From positions 314 to 64,313 of IMG/VR virus record IMGVR_UViG_3300035516_000188: a stretch of 64,000 bases of DNA; one strand, given 5' to 3'. The position numbers and the translations under genes were made by a program. This document shows positions 9,601 through 16,040 of this stretch, in pieces. How positions within the stretch are numbered: the first letter of the stretch is position 1; each line of letters starts with the position of its first letter. This stretch comes from a virus. Its lineage: Duplodnaviria > Caudoviricetes. Under the pieces are notes generated by a model. That model was not told the origin of the DNA, did no database searches, and saw only the letters and a list, made by a program, of their open reading frames with translations.

Positions 9601-9844
9601 CAGAGTATGTTACTTTCGTCCACGTCCAAAGGTATAAATACCCGTTCGGATTGTAGTTTGAGGCTTCCGAGATAGACGTGTACCACGTGGCAGAAAAACT
9701 CGGCTGTGAGTTTTCCTTAGTGAACAAATAATAGGTGACGGTGCTCGTCACTTTTGGGCTAACACCGTCTTTACCGTCTGTTCCGTCCGTACCGTTCCTG
9801 GGGGCGCGTTTTACGGTAGTAGAGTTTGACGCAACGTAAGCCAT
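6695..9844 (-). CDS. tail fibre protein with duplicated modules
   Basis: 1049 aa; short collagen-like GxxGxxG stretches at the N-terminus; two copies of an ~120-aa module containing LTRWNPNGTEQGG; two GDGTNYGA repeats. Confidence 0.7.
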   Translation of the reverse strand: MAYVASNSTTVKRAPRNGTDGTDGKDGVSPKVTSTVTYYLFTKENSQPSFSATWYTSISEASNYNPNGYLYLWTWTKVTYSDGVVSNTVAMTKQGENGTNGLQGCLSYQTEYDDKTLYRNDYGKTKSQIIADIQNLGISDTSGIDLTPRIDRVSITETNGDFTLYLCKKTHVSSVDTKPNPAVEGNWNNYWDAISVQNPTYFSTLFASNAIFRFGQANQIIVVDSNSTNISAGMSGASADSDIVFWAGGSRAEYNSETGEGATWLVRRNGSGYAAKGAIQFNTDGTIVANGANFSVTSTSNDSTNWGTLAAITPIYEKGSISKMHPNVPFDNLEINDNKGNSSSTLTIGKGFQLFSDNDENTGVISFNRNINNGALYNSKYYGYQLADLKGNLILTRWNPNGTEQGGNVGIFTSSPQYPIHINALLYAKNLQTEELTLSKITIGKATLSFDSTNGVLKISGSGLVAEGDVCALNTESSEDGGGGASNLSDLLDVSVSDVDDGQVLVWDSGLSKWVNQTVSFSGGDVDFNTVASRAYVSENFVSKTEIASYYTKSEINTKLESIDNDIADIRDNYVDQDGLNSTLEYYLKSETANKTYAKLSDLINGSVTKIGTSDVGGSTKPIYLSNGVPTACGDRINATADFANKIVSSTTTIGASDLPVYLNNGEITACDTKLSVNITGGAYSAKVLETARNIKIGDGTNYGASTSFNGSADISISLPSTIKATLKGNADTATKFTSSVQLRVGDGTNYGAYVDFDGSKSISLPLPSTIKATLDGNAKTLLIGTMDYDKTDDSSSTLIIGGNMQLFANSSDYGGVISFNRKISGGKIFNPDYYGYQLANIKGNMVLTRWNPNGTEQGGHLGIFALADDNYDVKIGGSIRGGNTKLDKLTLGSASIYWDDTNSVLKIDGATLVASGDVCALGNYDGLYKESAEVKSIGIIEEDYLSTQLFFYTKEDAAIEYVRNEALRIFSASNLALHSANAVSITALGGFSLEAGDIMLKSDNFGIKTNTFEVEAPGGAVINDKSFSDVIDRINTLLDKAGLSSQKL

Positions 9845-9856
9845 GCATCATAGGAT

Positions 9857-10243
9857 TTAAAGTTTTCCGATAACCTCTGAGGCAATCTCTTTTGCGTGCG
9901 TGCGGTAGGCTTGGTAGGCTTGGTATTCCTTGATGTACTCCTGCCGCTTCTCTTCCGTGAGGTCTGTATCCTCATCTTTTGCCCGCTCTAAGTTGGCGAA
10001 GATTGCGTCACGGCTGTCAGCGTCGTATTTGTCGAGGATGATTGCCGAGACAATACGTGAATACGTGAACGGGGCTTGAATGTCTACATTGGTACACTTA
10101 CTGCCAATGCGTTTCTCTGTGTTTTCTCCGTCAAAGTTATCTGAATACTCGTGCTCTTCGCTATCAAAGAACAAGCGAAGCAAAGACCCCTCTTTGATAG
10201 CCTTTACTCCGCTAAACGTTTTGTTATCGCTGTAACTTACCAT
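9857..10243 (-). CDS. hypothetical protein between DGR RT and tail fibre
   Basis: 128 aa, helical C-terminus (EYQAYQAYRTHAKEIA). Confidence 0.7.
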   Translation of the reverse strand: MVSYSDNKTFSGVKAIKEGSLLRLFFDSEEHEYSDNFDGENTEKRIGSKCTNVDIQAPFTYSRIVSAIILDKYDADSRDAIFANLERAKDEDTDLTEEKRQEYIKEYQAYQAYRTHAKEIASEVIGKL

Positions 10244-10270
10244 ATTGCTTATCTTTATTAGGTGGATTAA

Positions 10271-10885
10271 CTACTCTTGAAAGATAAACGTGCTTTTCCC
10301 ATTTCCTAAATACTTCTTGATAAGAACGCAATCCTCTACGGGAAATATCTTCTCACCATTCAGTTCTCTGTTTGCTGCCTCTTGCAATACCTCAATAATG
10401 AACGGCGAGGTCGTGAATACCTTTCGCTGCCTACCGTCAAGCTCAATAAGCATGATGTATCGTCCTTCGCGGTCTTTGACCTTAACATCTGATACGAAAG
10501 ACAATACCGTGAATGTCAGACCTACGAGCTCATCTTGTCTGATGGAGTCCACGTCATAGAATTGCTTCCCATCTCTAAGTGCTCGTGCGTTCGCCTTTAT
10601 TCCTTTGCTCGCGAAACTCATGTCTCCGTCTGTGATTTTGTTGTATAGATTTTTGCCCTCGCAGTGTTTTAGCATTCCATATCCAAAAGCAAGCACCTCG
10701 TGTCTGCGTTTTGGTGTCTTTGCTCTGCTTAACTTTTTAGCAAAACTCTTTTTATTGCGTTTCCTGACCTGTGTGTAAACTCCATTGAAAACGTACCCAA
10801 GAAAATCAATCGACCTTCCTCTTCGAGGCTCTTTGCCGTTTTCGTTTGTGCGTCCCATAGTGGCTTTTACACGCTTCGCGACCAA
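10271..10885 (-). CDS. DGR reverse transcriptase part C (motif 7/thumb) fused to an extra C-terminal domain
   Basis: IDFLGYVF motif followed by a basic thumb (RKRNKKSFAKK) and ~115 extra aa; alternative ATG at 10858. Confidence 0.75.
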   Translation of the reverse strand: MVAKRVKATMGRTNENGKEPRRGRSIDFLGYVFNGVYTQVRKRNKKSFAKKLSRAKTPKRRHEVLAFGYGMLKHCEGKNLYNKITDGDMSFASKGIKANARALRDGKQFYDVDSIRQDELVGLTFTVLSFVSDVKVKDREGRYIMLIELDGRQRKVFTTSPFIIEVLQEAANRELNGEKIFPVEDCVLIKKYLGNGKSTFIFQE

Positions 10886-11138
10886 TAGGAGCTACCACAG
10901 CTGAATGCTTGACGATAAGTCCTTGCCGCGAAGATAACATATCTAATTGTCTTAACAAAAAATTTGCCTCACTTTTTGATTTTGCGAGCATTACTATATC
11001 ATCGCAATTCAAAGAAAAGCATTTTACATGGTACACCTCCTTAAAGATATGGCAAATCTCGTCGATGCACAAGTTGGCAAGTATTGGACTTAGGAGCGAC
11101 CCAATGGTAATGCCCATTTTCTCTCTTGCGCTGCTCAT
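10806..11138 (-). CDS. DGR reverse transcriptase part B (catalytic palm)
   Basis: GITIGSLLSPILANL (GxPxG..S..LANxY-type motif) and NCDDIV at the YxDD position. Confidence 0.8.
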   Translation of the reverse strand: MSSAREKMGITIGSLLSPILANLCIDEICHIFKEVYHVKCFSLNCDDIVMLAKSKSEANFLLRQLDMLSSRQGLIVKHSAVVAPIGREACKSHYGTHKRKRQRASKRKVD

Positions 11139-11703
11139 TGTCTAACTCGTCTGTGAGATTACTTTCGTAAGATAATTGGGTGAGGATAATAAGCTGAATA
11201 AACCGCTCATCTTTAAAGGTTCTGTGCAAGGCTTGAATGATGACGCTGTGAGGTATTGATTGAAAAAATTTCTTGAAATCCGTCTGAACATAGTATTGAT
11301 ATTCCGGGTAACGTCTTAGGAACATCTTCATACGTCTTACTCCGAAGTGTGTTCCTCTTCCCTCTACACTCGCGTAGCTGTCGTAGATGAACTTCTTGTT
11401 TAATCTATCTTTTATAACAAGATATATCGCCCAATCTAACAATCTCCACGGATAGAAATATTTCTTGTCAAGGTCTCTAATCTTATCATCGGCAGACTTC
11501 GCTTCGCCTTTGTGATATACCAACGGAGGAAAGTTCAGCGTCAATATCATACCTCTAAGTTTAAGCAACTTATTATCTTTGTCTTTAAGAAAATCCAAAA
11601 CATATTTCTTTCTTGTTTTTCCCCTTATCGACATTATTGCCGCCCTTCTTAGGTTATCCATGTCGGCTACCTGCTCAAGTAGATAACCTTTTATTCTTTT
11701 CAT
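11041..11703 (-). CDS. DGR reverse transcriptase part A (N-terminal/fingers)
   Basis: MKR start; KIRDL..KYFYPWRLLDWAI, YDSYASVEGRGTHFG and QTDFKKFFQSIPH motifs typical of DGR RTs. Confidence 0.85.
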   Translation of the reverse strand: MKRIKGYLLEQVADMDNLRRAAIMSIRGKTRKKYVLDFLKDKDNKLLKLRGMILTLNFPPLVYHKGEAKSADDKIRDLDKKYFYPWRLLDWAIYLVIKDRLNKKFIYDSYASVEGRGTHFGVRRMKMFLRRYPEYQYYVQTDFKKFFQSIPHSVIIQALHRTFKDERFIQLIILTQLSYESNLTDELDNEQRKRENGHYHWVAPKSNTCQLVHRRDLPYL

Positions 11704-11903
11704 TTCTCATAGTGTAATAAATGTTAATTTGTTTTTATTCCAGCATACTGGAGTCTCCCACGGTCGTTCAACATAGTTACTAAACCGTCTTGTTCTGATT
11801 CCTCAAAACCTTTCCGGATTATTTGTTTTCCGACATCTCGCAATCTTACATTGCGGGTCGTGGCTGAAAGTCCACGGTGCTTGCACCGATTTAATATTGT
11901 TGT

Positions 11904-12010
11904 GCGAGAAGCGATGTTCGAGTTCGAGTTCGAGAACGCGTTGTTCGAGTTGACGTAAAACGAGCCGCAATTCGAGCCGTTGTTCGCGTTACCACCCACG
12001 TGACAGAGCT
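11904..12010 (-). repeat. DGR template repeat (TR)
   Basis: 107 bp matching 12263-12369; AAC-rich; 24 adenines on the coding strand. Confidence 0.95.
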
Positions 12011-12176
12011 TCTGAACTTTCCCGCCAACTAAGCATTGCTGCTTAGATTTCGACCACAAAGGTAAGTGCTGTGACAATATTATCCAAATGTTTTGCCAAA
12101 AATGTCGAAAAAGTTTTATTTTTTTCTTTGCATAAGGCTTGTTTTAGCCTAAAAATCGTTCACTCAGTACTACAAA

Positions 12177-12209
12177 TCACCCCCGCCGCCTTACGGACGG
12201 CGGGGGTGA
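12177..12209 (-). other. GC-rich hairpin 3' of VR (DGR target-recognition hairpin and/or terminator)
   Basis: TCACCCCCGCCG / CGGCGGGGGTGA 12-bp stem with inner CC-GTAA-GG loop on the minus strand, 17 nt past the target stop codon. Confidence 0.7.
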
Positions 12210-12226
12210 ATAGTTCCGCCAGAGTA

Positions 12227-13528
12227 TTACGCAACAAACTTAATTTGTCCGTAGTATGCTGGGCGAGAAGCGATGCTCGAGCCCGAGGACGAGAACGCGT
12301 AGGACGAGTTGACGCAAAACGAGCCGCAATTCGAGCCGTTGGCCGCGGCACCACCCACGCGACAGAGCTGCCCAATAGAATTAGCCCAATAATTATCCGC
12401 CCAATACGACGTGGATGAACCACCAACAGTTTTTGGCAGAAAATCACAATGGTCACCGATGTACATGTACTTAACATATCCACCAGTTGTGCTGCGGGTA
12501 ATTTGGCGGTACTCACTCGCAGGATGTGTCGTGAGTTCGGTAGACGACGGGATATAATTGCCTTTATAAATAAATGCCTCCGTACCATCGTGCGCGTCGT
12601 TGGCGGAATTGCCGAAATATATCCCTTGAATATCTTGCCAATACCATCCGTAGTGGTCTTCAAAGCCGAGCAAGTTTACGCTACAAGCACCCGTCTCGGA
12701 GGTAACGTCGGTCATTGCAACCGTGCCCGTGTTATCGCCCAAAGAAGCTGTGAGGCCGGTGAGAGTGTTCTGCGTTTCTGACCACGAATTACCGCTACCC
12801 GTGCGGCCATTGCCTAACTTAGCTTGAATGTTCGTGTCGCCGTATTCAGACAGTGTAATCATGCCCATAAGCGTCCACCAAGACCAATCGCACAATCCCC
12901 ATCCGTCGCCGAAGTTGTGGGCATACGTCCAAAAAGTGCTAATGTAGTAAGATACATTTGACACGGTACCTGCCGTAGGTTTATACCCCGACCGCGACAC
13001 GAGCTTATTGCTCTGAACGTTGCCAAGATAAGCACCATAGCAAAAATACTGACCGCCGTTACAATCGCCAATGCGATACCCGCCAATAGGGTATTCGCTC
13101 ATCCAAAGCATGGGAACCCCAGTGTCGGCATCCTCCTTGACAAGATAATACAGTGATGGCCCAATCACCATAACCTGCTTGTCCGTTTCGTCGGCTGTTT
13201 CGCCCTTAGCTGTGAGCGTAGAGTCGTTTGGGTGTAGCTTTGTCACCTCGCCCGAAGATGTCATTAAATACCTGCCCACCCTGCGTTTCCACTCCTCGTA
13301 CATTGCCGTATTACCAGACACACCGTAATACGTCGAGGAATACGAGTCGGACTGCTTAATCGGCACACACCACGCAATCTGTGATAAGATAAGATTTCCG
13401 CCGTTGTTGATAATATCCGCAAGCGAAGATATTGGCAGTCGTCGTACAGACCCGCCAATCTCCACTATCACGGAGTTCGTCGATAGTGCCGACGACACCT
13501 GCGCGACACTTCCTAATGATTTTGACAT
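12227..13528 (-). CDS. DGR target protein with C-terminal CLec/FGE-like variable domain; probable adhesin
   Basis: C-terminus RVGGAAANGSNCGSFCVNSSYAFSSSGSSIASR, typical of DGR CLec folds; located among tail genes. Confidence 0.85.
   Translation of the reverse strand: MSKSLGSVAQVSSALSTNSVIVEIGGSVRRLPISSLADIINNGGNLILSQIAWCVPIKQSDSYSSTYYGVSGNTAMYEEWKRRVGRYLMTSSGEVTKLHPNDSTLTAKGETADETDKQVMVIGPSLYYLVKEDADTGVPMLWMSEYPIGGYRIGDCNGGQYFCYGAYLGNVQSNKLVSRSGYKPTAGTVSNVSYYISTFWTYAHNFGDGWGLCDWSWWTLMGMITLSEYGDTNIQAKLGNGRTGSGNSWSETQNTLTGLTASLGDNTGTVAMTDVTSETGACSVNLLGFEDHYGWYWQDIQGIYFGNSANDAHDGTEAFIYKGNYIPSSTELTTHPASEYRQITRSTTGGYVKYMYIGDHCDFLPKTVGGSSTSYWADNYWANSIGQLCRVGGAAANGSNCGSFCVNSSYAFSSSGSSIASRPAYYGQIKFVA
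12263..12369 (-). repeat. DGR variable repeat (VR)
   Basis: 14 mismatches to TR, every one at a TR adenine; lies at the 3' end of the 433-aa gene. Confidence 0.95.
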
Positions 13529-13557
13529 ATCTCTTTTCGTTTAGTTAGTTATTTTTT

Positions 13558-14583
13558 TTAGATTGTTACCGTAGCGATGACCGTCACGTCAGACTGCTTG
13601 GAATTACCTTTGTCATCCGTGTAATCAGTATCAGCCGTGGTAATCGTTATTGTACTGTCTGTCACGGTGCGTACCGGCTCGTTCCACACCGTGTCTACTC
13701 TGTAAACATCGTAGCTGTACGTCGGTGTGCTTGATGGTTTGTACTCCACTCCGTTCTTGTAAAGCACTGCGCTAACCACTACACTGTTGTTAGCATCTAC
13801 CTGCCCGCCGCTTGTTTGGAGCTCTATTCTAAACTCGTCGGCAATATCCAAGATGTTAATCGTCGCTTGCGCGATGGGTGTTGTCGAAGATGTTGACTCG
13901 TAGGCTTTAACCACAAAAATCTGTGCGCCGTCAACCTCGCTTCTGTTTACCTTGAATGACTGCGTGCTTGCATCCACGGTCACAGATTGCGTGCCCTTGA
14001 ACGCTTTTATCGTGTATGATGTCGGGTCTACGGTTGTTCCGTCCTTATACAGCGTTGCCGTCACAGTTGTCTCGGAGTTTGTCTCAGAAAGTATCGACGG
14101 AACAGCTTCGAGGTACAAATTATACGTGTTTGAACCCAACTGCGCGATGGTAATCGTCGTGGTCTTTGTGACCTTATACTCTGTTCCAAGCACCGTCGCA
14201 ACGGCTGAATACGTAAGCACATCGTCCGCGTTGTTGGTCTTGCTCGCAAGGTTGCCGATGATTTTCAGCCACCCGCTCGAGTTCATCGCAAACTTTCCAG
14301 TCGAGTCTTTGGTGTAGTCGCCCGATGTTTCTCCGCTAAAAACAAGCTCCGTGTAGTTGTACGTCCATTTATGCGAAGCAAGCGTGACAGTGTTGCTTCT
14401 CGAGGTCGAACACGTCGGCTTGATTATCGGCTGATTAGCTGCCACCGTAAAGTCCGGCTTCGCAACACCAGACTCATCAACACCTTGATAGAGCGGAATA
14501 CCGTTTCCCTCAAAGGTAAGAAACAAGCTGTCACCCGTCTTTAATCGGGTGATGGTGATTGATTGCTGAGCTTTTAGTTCCAT
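13558..14583 (-). CDS. tail/baseplate-associated protein, Ig-like repeats likely
   Basis: 341 aa, Thr/Ser/Val beta-rich, in the tail operon. Confidence 0.6.
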   Translation of the reverse strand: MELKAQQSITITRLKTGDSLFLTFEGNGIPLYQGVDESGVAKPDFTVAANQPIIKPTCSTSRSNTVTLASHKWTYNYTELVFSGETSGDYTKDSTGKFAMNSSGWLKIIGNLASKTNNADDVLTYSAVATVLGTEYKVTKTTTITIAQLGSNTYNLYLEAVPSILSETNSETTVTATLYKDGTTVDPTSYTIKAFKGTQSVTVDASTQSFKVNRSEVDGAQIFVVKAYESTSSTTPIAQATINILDIADEFRIELQTSGGQVDANNSVVVSAVLYKNGVEYKPSSTPTYSYDVYRVDTVWNEPVRTVTDSTITITTADTDYTDDKGNSKQSDVTVIATVTI

Positions 14584-14588
14584 GTTAA

Positions 14589-14825
14589 TTATCTAAGTTT
14601 AAATTTATTTTTCCTATCTTGGAGGATATTTTTTATCTCCGTAGTGTTGTAGGCTTTTCCGTCAAGAGTATTCAGCAGCTCGTCAAATGTGCCGTTTTTC
14701 TCTCTGTCTCGGATAAGCTCGTTCTCATTGATGATTATTTTGTTTCCATCTGCATCAACGTAATGCCCGACTTCCTCACCTCCTGCGGCAAGGAACTTTG
14801 TCTTATTTACGATACAATACCTCAT
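14589..14825 (-). CDS. small tail-region protein
   Basis: 78 aa, tightly packed in the operon. Confidence 0.6.
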   Translation of the reverse strand: MRYCIVNKTKFLAAGGEEVGHYVDADGNKIIINENELIRDREKNGTFDELLNTLDGKAYNTTEIKNILQDRKNKFKLR

Positions 14826-14828
14826 ATT

Positions 14829-16034
14829 TTAGTTAGTTATAAGAGTCTCTCCGTTCTCGTTCGTTAACGCTTCTCCGTTCTCGTCCGCCAACACAGAGAA
14901 TTTTCCTTTGTGTTCGCTTTCAGCATAGACCTGCAACCAATCGTCCGCGCTCGTGTTGCCAACACCCGCCTCTACAAGGTTTATCGTGCATTTCTCACCC
15001 GTCTGCCACTGCTTTGCCGTGACGTTAGCTGTGTTGCTGAACCAATTAATATTAAAGTAATACTCCGGGTTGTTGATAACCGAATTGTCCGTCTCCACCC
15101 GAAGAGCGTTTCTGTGATACTCATCAGAGGGTTGGATGCTCATCGAAAGCGCGGGGGCGGAGTTATATCCCTCCTCTTCTCGCTTGATTTCAAACTGCTG
15201 ACCATCTTTTCGCTCATCTCCCACGTAAAGCTCGATAAGATATACCTCGTGGTCGATAAACCGACAGTCTATAATCATCTCGTCGGTGCCTATCTTCACA
15301 ACCTCCAAGCCGTCAACTTTCAGCTCTTCTTTTTCATCATCCGTTATTCGGAACAGCTTTATTGTGAACCCTTCGGTTATCTGCTCCGTGCCGTGGCAGA
15401 CGTTGATGGGCATAGAAAACAAATACTGCTTACCGTCAAAACAAGCGTCTCTGTTATTCTCTTTGCCTACTCCGTATAAGTTATACAAATCATACGCGAA
15501 CAATCTGTCTTTTAGCTGATTGTAGTTAAATGTTGTAGTGTTTCCCAAAGATAAACCATACGCATCGTCAGCTTTTTCTACCGTGCTTAGATTTATCACC
15601 TCGGATGACACTTCGATATTCACACCCAATCGTGTGTCTGTGAACGTGCCCTTAAACTGCAAATCAAAGCTCTCCGTGGGCAGCACATTGCGGGAAATGC
15701 TGATGCTGCCTCGGTTATACCCTTCCGATGTCGTGTCAATACTTACCAACGCTTTCCAATCGTCAAGCGTCGTCACGTCCACTCCATTGACAAGCCATTT
15801 GATGCTCGTCTGCGCCAACAAGATGTTTGCACTCGGATAATCCCAACTGCCATCCGTGGTCTTGGCTATCACCTCGGGCAAGATGACCAAGGGTGTTACC
15901 CCTCTGTCAGGCTCAAAGGTTCCGCCGTCGTAGACCTGCGTCTGTGGACTCGCCGTGCTTCTCACCACAAGGTTTACCATCGAGGTGAGCGGTTGGAAAT
16001 CCTTCCTAATTTTAGTTGTCTTACTTTTTTGCAT
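14829..16034 (-). CDS. tail/baseplate-associated protein
   Basis: 401 aa, beta-rich, tight operon spacing. Confidence 0.6.
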   Translation of the reverse strand: MQKSKTTKIRKDFQPLTSMVNLVVRSTASPQTQVYDGGTFEPDRGVTPLVILPEVIAKTTDGSWDYPSANILLAQTSIKWLVNGVDVTTLDDWKALVSIDTTSEGYNRGSISISRNVLPTESFDLQFKGTFTDTRLGVNIEVSSEVINLSTVEKADDAYGLSLGNTTTFNYNQLKDRLFAYDLYNLYGVGKENNRDACFDGKQYLFSMPINVCHGTEQITEGFTIKLFRITDDEKEELKVDGLEVVKIGTDEMIIDCRFIDHEVYLIELYVGDERKDGQQFEIKREEEGYNSAPALSMSIQPSDEYHRNALRVETDNSVINNPEYYFNINWFSNTANVTAKQWQTGEKCTINLVEAGVGNTSADDWLQVYAESEHKGKFSVLADENGEALTNENGETLITN

Positions 16035-16040
16035 ATTTTT

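Noticed and set aside
10271-11703. Group II intron, retron or Abi-type RT
   Set aside because: The adjacent A-specific TR/VR pair and DGR-type motifs identify it as a DGR RT; no maturase or msr/msd context was seen.
11724-12077. 117-aa ORF resembling the C-terminus of the DGR target
   Set aside because: It is the reading frame running through TR, which acts as RNA. The similarity is explained by TR/VR homology.
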